Source: Akkermansiaceae bacterium (lineage in GTDB: Bacteria > Verrucomicrobiota > Verrucomicrobiia > Verrucomicrobiales > Akkermansiaceae). Taken from it: a stretch of DNA of 64,000 nt. The position numbers and the translations under genes were made by a program. Location: NCBI GenBank assembly GCA_051251915.1, contig JBPOGF010000016.1, positions 32,001-96,000 of the forward strand, written 5' to 3'. Below are positions 55,901-64,000 of this stretch, one piece after another (position 1 is the first letter of the stretch; every line of letters begins with the position of its first letter). Below the pieces are notes generated by a model. That model was not told the origin of the DNA. It saw only the letters and a program-made list of their open reading frames with translations, and did no database searches.

Positions 55901-56487
55901 CCGATGTGCAGATCGATGCCCTTGCTGAGGAAATAGTAAAAGAGATACGTAAGCGTGGGCCATTTCTTTCTTTGTCTGAGTTTGTAAATAGGCAGGTCAC
56001 GTCAGATAAGGATCTAGCTATTGCTAGTACGATTCAGAAGGCTTTGGATAATCTAGCTGACTCAGGAAGTTCAGCCCAAAACCCATTTGCTGAAATTCAA
56101 TCTAGAGCCGTCGATGTGACCACTCTGCCCCCGGGGAATACGGATTATAAATTTCCAGAAGCGGCCTTGGGGTCTTCTGCCTTTGGGGTTCCAGGTTGGA
56201 TGCGTCAGGCGGATATCCTTATGCCATTAGCCCCGATCCTTAGTGCCCGTGACGACACATTCACTATCCGCGCCTACGGCGATGCCAGAGATAAGTCCGA
56301 TTCTACCAAGATACTAGCAACTGCTTGGTGTGAAGCTACGGTTCAACGTAGAGCGGCTTACTTGGATCCAGCTGATAAAAGCAGTGTTGCACCTTATTCC
56401 TCAGAGATGACGTCCGAGGTGAATAAACGTTATGGGAGACGTTATGAGATAGTTTCTTTTCGCTGGTTGAGTCGAGAGGAGATCTAG
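52981..56487 (+). CDS. Verrucomicrobia-type giant PilX/pseudopilin-like protein
   Basis: Prepilin-like G|FALIATISMMVLL leader, AQQNAR, GPDTRVT, C-terminal RDDTFTIRAYG...CEATVQR...GRRYEIVSFRWL. Confidence 0.75.
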   Translation: MKILINQRYHKEEYAKRQCGFALIATISMMVLLMMIALAMLSLSTTYVRTSHSNQAVEEAQQNARVSLMMAIGQLQSLTGPDTRVTGSSRLLSETNVAATGVWRSWEGTDHENTGKPKAPDYDLKMQTGDPNAEPSSTASDGRFLGWLGSTSLNPSVGDLGDFSKTAVDDYILMLGEGGVMNTDDQVYVKPTYVDEKTGAVAWWTCGNNSKAMINVDRVAVPSSVVEWQQRVRSNGRADSETFGLEKVDERAVGARVPTRKTLGLVDSAAEIRKFHDLTTYSRGLLTNTATGGWRKDLSLLTEQYDELPDTELASFTLEPGNEQTFSKAQDGSYPPNPLIYPWTTYHSSASNNQVIEQVPAICSWTALVDYSLQYRNLTSAGAARTSMPIEVEGTKSNSDRFDFQDKVRRVPQLARLQWIYSLCSQKIVGGSDDGKYNPGLMVTPVVTVWNPYNVELDVSNYRLLAEEVAPLNFTFRVGDKTYSKRRLRNIVTGWFELTVTEPFTLAPGATRIFGLSSADPVDEGTKVDITPGYTPGSGFMMFGINNGKKVVADAGDTFDIESVGYDGTNSGSSEISLLLNIYVNENRLRQRMSYTTSDLGGQAVAELLYPQLIQSIGVDQVMDVEGRNNLAFASSVFGYRMANPISTVPEHRHLFTKGMLQANPLNNHAAVGNEFFTETGVSASGGSMASVAGTGAFHPANAPFDFAFLDVQGWNDTRYMPQLEISTNSSYIVSGVTAGDGLTRCVMAELPTRPLLSLGQLQHFDARNNNPVPPFQFNLIGNGSAHPIFGPEQLAVPTSTSLPDLVNDDTYMLNHLLFDDWFFSSIAPDLDDFGKHTDRDYETVYEDHFNGIESLTNRFYLPARSADENAVNTVKDEDTGLYTYQTIASQLEVDGMFNINSVSVDAWKAILSHNRDAEVPYLSPAGATASAGAGGFPYPRTSIAGDKATDSGSRDSNATNGDAAYFAGYTALTDVQIDALAEEIVKEIRKRGPFLSLSEFVNRQVTSDKDLAIASTIQKALDNLADSGSSAQNPFAEIQSRAVDVTTLPPGNTDYKFPEAALGSSAFGVPGWMRQADILMPLAPILSARDDTFTIRAYGDARDKSDSTKILATAWCEATVQRRAAYLDPADKSSVAPYSSEMTSEVNKRYGRRYEIVSFRWLSREEI

Positions 56488-56731
56488 CTGATGAGTGATT
56501 GGACGGCTAGATTTTGAGAGGAGCCATGGGGTTCACTCGGTGGACTTGAAATTTACGATGTTTTGAATCACTAGGGGTCAGTTTTTTGTTTTTGGGGTGT
56601 AGAAACCAGGGGATATAGTTATTAAGAAAAGCTAAGGTCTGGGCAATCGGTTCTTGCAAAATGGGGGTTTTCTGAGGATGGTTAGCTGTACGAAGAGCAT
56701 TTAATAGCGAGACAGTAGGGAAAAAAAGACA

Positions 56732-59275
56732 ATGGCAGCACAAAATAAATCCAAAAGGACAAACGAGGTGAGCACTAAACCGTCATGGTTTAATGAGGTG
56801 GTAGGTATAGGGATGATAGGGTTTGGGATTTTGTTGCTACTGGCGCTTATTTCATTTGATTACGGAGATGTGCCGGAATGGTTCTATGGACGAGAAAATG
56901 ATGCGAGTCGTGCAACTTCAAATATGATTGGGATACTTGGGGCGATTATTGCTTGGGTGACTTTGTTGTTGTTCGGGGCGGCTGCATTCCTTATTTCGCT
57001 TGGGGTGATATGGTTGGGGACAGCGTATGCCTTTATGGAAGGGTCACTGACTCGTAGGACGTGGATTGGGTTTATTTGTTTTGTGGTGATAGGTGCGTGT
57101 TTGTTGAGTGTGGGGGAGTTTTGGTCGGAGTGGGCTAGGCTATCTGGTTTGAGGAATTCTGGTGGTGTGATTGGTTATTTTTTGGGGACAGGAGTGTTTG
57201 AGAAATTGTTGAATAAAACTGGTGCGGTGATTGTGTTGTTTGTTGGATATGTGGCTGGGTTGATCATGTTGACTGGTTTGAATCCGATTAAGTTTACAAA
57301 GCTTTCTTGGCAGAAATTTATCACATGGAAGAATGAGCGTGCTGAGCGTTTGGCACTGCAGCGGGAGAAAGATAATGCTAAGCAGAACCGCCGAGCTGAG
57401 AGAAGTTTTCTGACTGAACAGCGTATAGCAGCGAAGGAAGAGACAAAGTTGGAGTCTGATAAGAAGAGGGCACTAACGGCTGCAGAGGAGAAGAAGAAGG
57501 CGGCTGAAGAATTAGCGAAGCAAAAGGAAGAAGAAGCAAAGAATCCTCAGACAGTGATGGCTCTGAAGGAGACTCCTAAACCGCAAATCATTGATTCTGC
57601 ACAGCGGAAGCGGCCAATGGCCGAGGTGGGTGCGAAACCATTTGAAAAGAAGAAAAAAGATCCTGATGCGATTAGTTTATCTACGAATGCGTATGAGGAC
57701 TATGAGACTCCGGGGTTTGATTTGCTTTCTTATGATGAGAGTGCGGAGGAGGAGCCAGAGGCAGATAAGGAGGAATTGATCGCTACTCAGAAGATGATTG
57801 TGGATACGCTGAAGGCATTTGGTGTAGATGTTTCCGCGGGGGATATCACACGTGGACCTACGATTACGCGTTATGAAGTTTATCCTAGTATGGGGCTGCG
57901 TGTGAGCAGGATTACCCAGTTGGAGGCGGATCTGGCGCGCGCGACTAAGGCGGAGCGAATCAATATTTTGGCACCTATACCAGGTAAAGATACGGTGGGT
58001 ATAGAGATTGCGAATGATAAGAAGGTGGCGGTGCCACTTCGTGAGTTGGTGCAGGACCCTGAGTTTACGAGTTCTAAGAAGAAGATACCTTTGGCATTGG
58101 GTAAGGATGTGTATGGAAATACGGTGATTGGTGACTTGGCGGCGATGCCTCATTTGCTGGTGGCTGGTGCTACTGGTGCGGGTAAGTCTGTGTGTATTAA
58201 CTCAATTATTACGAGTATTTTGTTTAAATTTAGTCCAGATGAGCTGCGGTTTATTATGGTGGATCCGAAGGTGGTGGAGATGCAGATCTATGGCAAGCTT
58301 CCGCACTTAGTGGTGCCTGTGGTGACTGATCCTGCGAAGGTGGTGGCGGCGCTCAGATGGGTGGTGAATGAGATGGAGAAGCGGTATAAGATGTTCGCTA
58401 AGTGTGGGGTGAGGAATTTTGATGGTTATAATGATAGGCCTCGTCCTGAGAAGGAGGCGGAGCCTGAGACTCCAGATGTGGAGGAGGAATCTGAGGAGGA
58501 GCCAGATCCAGAGATGGTGGAGTCTATCGCGCGTGCGCTGGAGGATGGAGAGCTAGGGCCACCGATGGAAATCGATGAGGACGAGTTAGAATTTACTGAA
58601 GATAAGCTGCCGGATCGTATTCCGTATATTGTGGTGATTATTGATGAGTTGGCTGATCTGATGCAGACGGCACCGGCGGATGTGGAGATGAATATTGCCC
58701 GTATTGCGCAGAAGGCGCGTGCGGCGGGGATTCACTTGATTATTGCGACTCAGACGCCACGTGCTGATGTGGTGACTGGTATTATTAAGGCTAACATTCC
58801 GAGTAGGATTGCGTTCCAGGTATCTAGTGCGCTGGATTCACGGGTTATTTTGGATACGAAGGGTGCTGATAAGTTGGTGGGTAAAGGTGATATGCTTTAT
58901 CTGCCGCCGGGATCAGCTAAGCTTGAGCGTGCTCAGGGTGCGTTTGTTTCTGATGAGGAGGTGGAAGCGATTGTGGAGTATTGTTCGCAGCAGGGTGAGC
59001 AGAAATTTGAGAAATCAATTCAGGAGAGCATCGAAAAAGGCGGGTCTTCGGACGATGGTGGGAGCGATGTTTCTGATGCTGATGAAGAAGTGATTCAGAA
59101 GTGTCTAGAAGTGATTCATCAGGAGAAGAAGGCTAGTACTTCATTGCTGCAACGGAGGCTGAGACTGGGTTACACACGCGCAGCTAGGATGATGGATATC
59201 TTGGAGGATCGCGGTATTATAGGGCCTGCTGATGGTGCTAAGGCTAGGGAGATCTTGATCGATGTGGGAGAGTAG
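56732..59275 (+). CDS. ftsK: DNA translocase FtsK
   Basis: N-terminal TM domain, MPHLLVAGATGAGKS, IIDELAD, ASTSLLQRRLRLGYTRAAR gamma domain. Confidence 0.97.
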   Translation: MAAQNKSKRTNEVSTKPSWFNEVVGIGMIGFGILLLLALISFDYGDVPEWFYGRENDASRATSNMIGILGAIIAWVTLLLFGAAAFLISLGVIWLGTAYAFMEGSLTRRTWIGFICFVVIGACLLSVGEFWSEWARLSGLRNSGGVIGYFLGTGVFEKLLNKTGAVIVLFVGYVAGLIMLTGLNPIKFTKLSWQKFITWKNERAERLALQREKDNAKQNRRAERSFLTEQRIAAKEETKLESDKKRALTAAEEKKKAAEELAKQKEEEAKNPQTVMALKETPKPQIIDSAQRKRPMAEVGAKPFEKKKKDPDAISLSTNAYEDYETPGFDLLSYDESAEEEPEADKEELIATQKMIVDTLKAFGVDVSAGDITRGPTITRYEVYPSMGLRVSRITQLEADLARATKAERINILAPIPGKDTVGIEIANDKKVAVPLRELVQDPEFTSSKKKIPLALGKDVYGNTVIGDLAAMPHLLVAGATGAGKSVCINSIITSILFKFSPDELRFIMVDPKVVEMQIYGKLPHLVVPVVTDPAKVVAALRWVVNEMEKRYKMFAKCGVRNFDGYNDRPRPEKEAEPETPDVEEESEEEPDPEMVESIARALEDGELGPPMEIDEDELEFTEDKLPDRIPYIVVIIDELADLMQTAPADVEMNIARIAQKARAAGIHLIIATQTPRADVVTGIIKANIPSRIAFQVSSALDSRVILDTKGADKLVGKGDMLYLPPGSAKLERAQGAFVSDEEVEAIVEYCSQQGEQKFEKSIQESIEKGGSSDDGGSDVSDADEEVIQKCLEVIHQEKKASTSLLQRRLRLGYTRAARMMDILEDRGIIGPADGAKAREILIDVGE

Positions 59276-59290
59276 TTGCCTAGCTGTTTG

Positions 59291-60607
59291 TTATTTAGGG
59301 GCTCTTGCTAGGTTAGTGTGATTGTCTTGAGGCTGATCTTCATCAGAATCAGAATCGGCTTCGTGGGCCTTGCCTAGGTAGATGCCGAGGATGGCCCATA
59401 GGAGGCAGCATGCGGCGGCTATGCCGAAAATGGCTGGCAGTCCTAGTTTTGCAGATTCACTGAGGTAGGTGATGAGCCAGATCCAGCAGACGTCACCACC
59501 GCGGTAGACTGCGACGTCGATGATGGGTTTGGTTTTGAACCGGGCTTCACGGTCTACTGCTGTGAAGAGGATTTCACGTGCTGGTCTAGTTATGGCGTAA
59601 TTTCCTGTGCGACGGACTACTTGCATCACCAATACGAAGATGATGGCAGGGTGCATGGCGACGATGAGGAGTAGGGCGCAGACTATGAAGGGGACTAGAG
59701 AGAGAGTGGTGGGCATGCCGAATCTGCGGGCGATGCGGTTAGTAGCGAACATGCCGATGACGATGGTGAGGATGTTTGTGGCAAGTTCGACTGAGCCTAG
59801 GAGTTGTTTACGTTCTGGGCGCGAGAAGTCTGATAGTAGTTCAGTCTGGGCGAAGTAGAGGAATGCTGCTGCACCAGTGAACATGAAGACGAATCCGGAG
59901 ATGTAGCAGAGGCGCTTGTGGGTGAGGAGCTCGATGAATCCGGCGAAGGGGTTAGGGCTAAGGTTTTGTTTTCGTTGTTCTTCAGGGCTTTCTTTTTTAG
60001 CGAACTCGGAGTTGAGAATGGCGATGAGGGGGATGGTGAGGAGGAGGACTCCGGCGGTGACTAACAGGATGTTTTCTTCGTTGATTTTGCTTGATAGAAG
60101 GACGATCATCAGTGGGCCAAAGATGGCTCCGGCGCTGGCTCCAGTGTTAATGAATCCGAAGACGCGTTTACTTTGTTCTTTGTTGTAGTGCTGAGAAATA
60201 AAGCTCCAGAAAACGGAGATGTGGAAGAGTGAGAATACGCTGCTCCAGGTGTAGAAGACTTTTCCTAGGGTGCCGACTTCCATGAGCTTGCCTTGGAAGG
60301 CGATGTAGATACCGACGAAGGTGGCGGCGAAGAATATGAAGACTCCGGGGACGAGTTTGCGTAATGAGATAGAGGCGGCGAAGACATTGTAAATGGAGAC
60401 AGCAATGGTGGATACAATGAAGGTGTAGGTCCATTGATGAGCGAGGCTCATGCCACCCCAATCGCTGGGTAGAGCATCTCGCACTGGTTTCATGATCATG
60501 TAGGATGACATGAGTACGAAGATGAATAAGAAGGCTACTATGGCGGCCTTGAATTCTGATGGTTTGATCTGGGTGAGCCTGCTGAAGAAGTTGCTTTCTG
60601 ATGACAT
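59291..60607 (-). CDS. MFS transporter, NTP/NDP exchange (TLC/Npt)-like
   Basis: YMIMKPVRD, SVFWSF, YAITRPAREILFT...RFKTKPIIDVAVYRGGD. Confidence 0.8.
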   Translation of the reverse strand: MSSESNFFSRLTQIKPSEFKAAIVAFLFIFVLMSSYMIMKPVRDALPSDWGGMSLAHQWTYTFIVSTIAVSIYNVFAASISLRKLVPGVFIFFAATFVGIYIAFQGKLMEVGTLGKVFYTWSSVFSLFHISVFWSFISQHYNKEQSKRVFGFINTGASAGAIFGPLMIVLLSSKINEENILLVTAGVLLLTIPLIAILNSEFAKKESPEEQRKQNLSPNPFAGFIELLTHKRLCYISGFVFMFTGAAAFLYFAQTELLSDFSRPERKQLLGSVELATNILTIVIGMFATNRIARRFGMPTTLSLVPFIVCALLLIVAMHPAIIFVLVMQVVRRTGNYAITRPAREILFTAVDREARFKTKPIIDVAVYRGGDVCWIWLITYLSESAKLGLPAIFGIAAACCLLWAILGIYLGKAHEADSDSDEDQPQDNHTNLARAPK

Positions 60608-60759
60608 AGAGTTAGTGTGATCGTGTAAATTTTTAAAGGAGAGGGGGTTAGTTTCTGTTACTTATCAATTACGATTATTTCAGAGCCTTCTGTCAACTAG
60701 GAGGTAGGTATGACAGTTTATTTTTGTATTGGGGAGGGCGGAGTTTTTTTGATTTGGTT

Positions 60760-61056
60760 TTAGAGGTCGAAGTCGAAGACTACGAGACGTTCTAGTCTGG
60801 GTTGGACTAGGTCTACTACTTTGAGGTGGTCTGGGTGTGGGAGGTAGTTGTCGCGGTCTGCTGCTGAGTCGAATGTCATGATGAAGCCGTGGGTGAAGCC
60901 GTCGTTTAGGCCTTCGTCAGATTTATAGGGGCCGTGTTCGACGGATTGGAGGCCGGGGATTTTATTTTTGAGGTCAACGAGTGCGACGAAAGATTCATCG
61001 ATTTCTGCTTGGGTGATTTCTGGTTTAAAGTGGAATACTCCGAAGTGTCTTGTCAT
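60760..61056 (-). CDS. Dabb family stress-responsive alpha/beta barrel protein
   Basis: RH...F.FK, IPG, GFTHGF.MTF, YLPHPDH. Confidence 0.9.
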   Translation of the reverse strand: MTRHFGVFHFKPEITQAEIDESFVALVDLKNKIPGLQSVEHGPYKSDEGLNDGFTHGFIMTFDSAADRDNYLPHPDHLKVVDLVQPRLERLVVFDFDL

Positions 61057-61080
61057 GGTATTTATTAGTTATTGTTGGTG

Positions 61081-62292
61081 TTAGTTTTGGATGAAGATGT
61101 GTGTTCCTTTTTTGTTAGAGATGGCTACGTCAATTTTGCCGTCGTTGTTGAGGTCTGCTGTTGAGATTTGGCGGCCTACGCCTGAGTCGTCGTCGATGAG
61201 GTGTGGGGTGAATGTGGTGCCAGATTCTGATCTGGTGGTGCGGAACCAGTAGAGGACGGCTGGGTCATTGGCTCCGGGGTCTTTTCCGCCGTGGGCGAAG
61301 AAGCATTTACCGGTGATGATGTCTTTGATGCCGTCGCCATCTATGTCTGCGCATGCCATAGCGTGGGGTTGGGAGAATGATAGGATTTGGGGGTCGGTGG
61401 ATGGGGTGGTGGGCATGATGATGTGTTGTTTGAAGGTGATGGCACCTGCAGGGGTTTTGATTTGTTCATACCATGCTAGTCCGTATCCGTGGGCGTCTAG
61501 GGCGGTGACTACGTCTGTGTCTCCGTCTCCATCGATGTCATAGCCGTACATTTGTGCTCCGCCTTTTGCTGGGGCGAAGTCGTAGGGGTGGAATTTCCAG
61601 GGGACGGTGCGATCCCATGCTTCTGGTTGTTCCCACCAGCCGGCTTTTTCGAGGATGTCTGGGAGGTTGTCACCGTTGATGTCTGCTGCGCCTAGACCGT
61701 GGGCGTAGACTTTAAAGCGTTTGTTTTTAGGTGAGACGTTGTAGACGATCCATGGTTCTTTGGGGTTAGTGGCTGGTTGGGCGAGGGTGATGTGGTTTTT
61801 GGAGTAGGCGAGGAGTTGTTTTGGTTGATCTGGGAGTATGCTGAGTAGTTGGGGGGATTCGTTGCAGATGTTTGTCTGGGCTTGGCAGTGTTCGCAGGAG
61901 TGTTTGGTGTTGTCTGGGGCGAATGGTTTTTCACCTGGGTTGACGGCGAGGTGGGCGGGTTTGTTGGGGAGTCCTACTTTGAGGATGTCTGGCCATTTGT
62001 CTTGGGTGATGAGGGAGGGGAAGGTGAAGAAGTTGTTAGAGTATCCTGAGAGGCCTTTTCCTTTGATGGGGAACACTTTGTAGGGGGCGTATGCGTGTGA
62101 GGTTTTGAAGTCTGGGCCTTGCCACCAGAGTGGTCCTGCGATGATGTCTAGGTGACCGTCAGCATTGATGTCTGCGATGGATGCTCCTTCAGAGATGTAG
62201 TCTGTGGAGAGTGATTGCTTTTTGAATGTGACGCTTTCATTTGCTCCAGCGAGGAGGCTGAGGTGAAGGGCTAGGATAACTTGTAGTTTCAT
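61081..62292 (-). CDS. Exported FG-GAP/VCBS-repeat protein
   Basis: Repeated DINADGHLD, DINGDNLPD, DIDGDGDTD, DIDGDGIKD, DLNNDGKID. Confidence 0.88.
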   Translation of the reverse strand: MKLQVILALHLSLLAGANESVTFKKQSLSTDYISEGASIADINADGHLDIIAGPLWWQGPDFKTSHAYAPYKVFPIKGKGLSGYSNNFFTFPSLITQDKWPDILKVGLPNKPAHLAVNPGEKPFAPDNTKHSCEHCQAQTNICNESPQLLSILPDQPKQLLAYSKNHITLAQPATNPKEPWIVYNVSPKNKRFKVYAHGLGAADINGDNLPDILEKAGWWEQPEAWDRTVPWKFHPYDFAPAKGGAQMYGYDIDGDGDTDVVTALDAHGYGLAWYEQIKTPAGAITFKQHIIMPTTPSTDPQILSFSQPHAMACADIDGDGIKDIITGKCFFAHGGKDPGANDPAVLYWFRTTRSESGTTFTPHLIDDDSGVGRQISTADLNNDGKIDVAISNKKGTHIFIQN

Positions 62293-63503
62293 TATGATGA
62301 TTGTTTGATGAGTTCTAGGAGCTTGTGGGCTGCTGCTTTGGCGAAGGTTTCGCTGTTGATGGGTTCGTTGTAGTCGATGACTGGGACTGTGGCGTTTTGG
62401 TGAATGGCGCTGAAGAGTGCTTCGTCGGCTGTGGGGTCGTGGAAGGGTTGACCTTCTGCTGAGATGACGCTGACGGTTTTGAGCGGGTTTAGGATGACGG
62501 TTGGAGCTGGGTTTGCGTTTGCTTTCTGTGCGATTATTTTACCTAATTGGGCGCATTCTTCTGCATTGGTGCGCATGAGGGTGACTTGTGGGTTGTGGAT
62601 GTAGAAGAGGCGGTCAGCGTATTTTGGAGGGACGGTGTCTTGTTCTCCGAAGTTAGCCATGTCTAGGCATCCTGGTGCGATGACGGCGGGGATTTTGGCT
62701 TTGGTCATGGCGTCCATGCGTGTGGGGCCAGCGGAGAGGGTTGCTCCGGTGAGCTCGTCTGCCCATTCTGTGGTGGTGAGGTCTAGGAGGCCTTTTACCA
62801 TTCCGGATTCGATGAGTGCTTCCATGGTTTTTCCGCCTGTGCCTGTGGCGTGGAAGACGAGGACTTCGTAGCCGGCGTCTTCTAGGACGTTTTTGGCGAT
62901 GTTGATACAGTCTGTGGTGTTGCCGAACATGGAGGCTGCGATGAGTGGTTTGTCATTTGAGGTGTCGATGACGGCTTCGATCATGCCGCAGATGGCTCCT
63001 GCTGCGCGGGTGAAGATGGTTTTAGAGATGGAGTTTAGGCCTGCGACGTCTACGATGGATGGGATCATGGTGATGTCTTTTGTTCCTAGGTAGTGGGCGG
63101 TGTTTCCGCTAGCTAGGGTGGAGACCATGACCTTTGGGAAGCCGATGGGGAGTTCGCGCATGCATGAGGTGGCGAGGGCTGTGCCTCCTCCTCCGCCGAG
63201 TGATATGATGCCGTCGATTTTGCCTTGTTCTTGGAGTTGCTTGACGAGGATGGGGGCGGCTTTTGCCATGGCTACTACGCAGGCGCCACGGTCTTGGGCG
63301 TCTAGTAGTGGTTGTAGGTCTAGGTTTGCGGCTTTGGCGACATCGTATCTGGTGATGTCTGGTTTGATTTGTGGATCTGAGCCTGTGCCGAGGTCGATGA
63401 GGGTGACTTGGTGGCCGAGGGCTAGGATTTGGTCTGCCACGAACTGGTGTTCGTGACCTTTGGAGTCTAGGGTGCCGAGGACGGCGATATTTTTAGCAGC
63501 CAT
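62292..63503 (-). CDS. Tm-1-like ATP-binding domain protein (UPF0261)
   Basis: GTLDSKG.E, GGGGGT, LPIGFPKVMVST, DVAGLN, FHATGTGG, DLTTTE, HNPQVTLMRT. Confidence 0.9.
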   Translation of the reverse strand: MAAKNIAVLGTLDSKGHEHQFVADQILALGHQVTLIDLGTGSDPQIKPDITRYDVAKAANLDLQPLLDAQDRGACVVAMAKAAPILVKQLQEQGKIDGIISLGGGGGTALATSCMRELPIGFPKVMVSTLASGNTAHYLGTKDITMIPSIVDVAGLNSISKTIFTRAAGAICGMIEAVIDTSNDKPLIAASMFGNTTDCINIAKNVLEDAGYEVLVFHATGTGGKTMEALIESGMVKGLLDLTTTEWADELTGATLSAGPTRMDAMTKAKIPAVIAPGCLDMANFGEQDTVPPKYADRLFYIHNPQVTLMRTNAEECAQLGKIIAQKANANPAPTVILNPLKTVSVISAEGQPFHDPTADEALFSAIHQNATVPVIDYNEPINSETFAKAAAHKLLELIKQSS

Positions 63504-63521
63504 GGTGTTTTGTAGAGGGGT

Positions 63522-64000
63522 TTATTTGATGCGTTTTACTGGGATGGATTTGAATTCTCTTGTGAGGTTGGTGATGGATGATTCTACAGCCATGCGCTCG
63601 ATGGATGATGCGCCTACGAAGCCTACGGTGTCAGTGTGTTCGTTGATGTATGCTGCATCGGCAGGGGTTAGGATGGGGCCGCCGTGTGAGAGGACGAGGC
63701 AGTCTTTGTTGACTGAGTGAACTGCTTCACAGATGTCTTGAGTGGCTTTTGCTGCTTGTTCTAGGCCGATGGAGGCGTCACTGACTCCGATGGAGCCACC
63801 GACTGTGCAGCCGACGTGTGCGATGACTACGTCTGCTCCGGCTCTGGCCATGGCAGCGGCTTCTTCTGGTTTGGCGACGTAGGTGATGGAGAATAGGTCC
63901 ATTTTGGATGTGGCTAGTTCTACGCAGTCGATTTCTTTTTGGACGCCCATGTTGGTTTCTTTGATGGACTGTCCGAACTGGCCGTCGACGATTGTGTGTG
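63522..64000 (-). CDS. PEP-hydrolase-like TIM-barrel protein (Tm-1 C-terminal-like); 5' end outside the window
   Basis: Frame stays open to the window edge (IVDGQFGQSIKETNMG); AGADVVIAHVG.T.GGSIG, HGGPI, GFVGASSIER. Confidence 0.88.
   Translation of the reverse strand, partial: HTIVDGQFGQSIKETNMGVQKEIDCVELATSKMDLFSITYVAKPEEAAAMARAGADVVIAHVGCTVGGSIGVSDASIGLEQAAKATQDICEAVHSVNKDCLVLSHGGPILTPADAAYINEHTDTVGFVGASSIERMAVESSITNLTREFKSIPVKRIK

Overview
Bacterial chromosomal window, most likely from a marine Verrucomicrobiota (Rubritalea/Verrucomicrobiaceae-like). This assignment is inferred from the sulfatases, a Verrucomicrobia-type giant PilX-like protein and the overall gene content. The + strand is strongly G/T-rich, consistent with the leading strand. 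No rRNA, tRNA or CRISPR array was found. Housekeeping genes: lipB, coaD, tmk, pta, ilvC, lysC, mscL, ftsK. Larger modules: a DUF3450/ExbB/ExbB/ExbD/TonB/TPR operon; an AT-rich island with two orphan Rhs-CT/immunity pairs separated by nested IS110 and IS481 remnants; a RimK-RCK_C / M14 deacylase / DUF3108 operon; a DUF1080 / MFS / Gfo-Idh-MocA glycoside cluster; an RDD-SpoIIM-DUF4129-DUF4350-MoxR-DUF58 operon; a tandem active plus degenerate Deg protease pair; and a Tm-1-like operon. Most notable observations: (1) a 132-aa minimal kinase-fold protein in an operon with a PP2C phosphatase and a Zn-ribbon protein; (2) a single-gene islet flanked by a duplicated lipB 3' end that carries a 76-bp MITE; (3) an internal in-frame start in lysC marked by a local composition shift; (4) Rhs cores whose strand skew is inverted relative to their surroundings. 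All family calls are from motif recognition by eye; no database searches were run.
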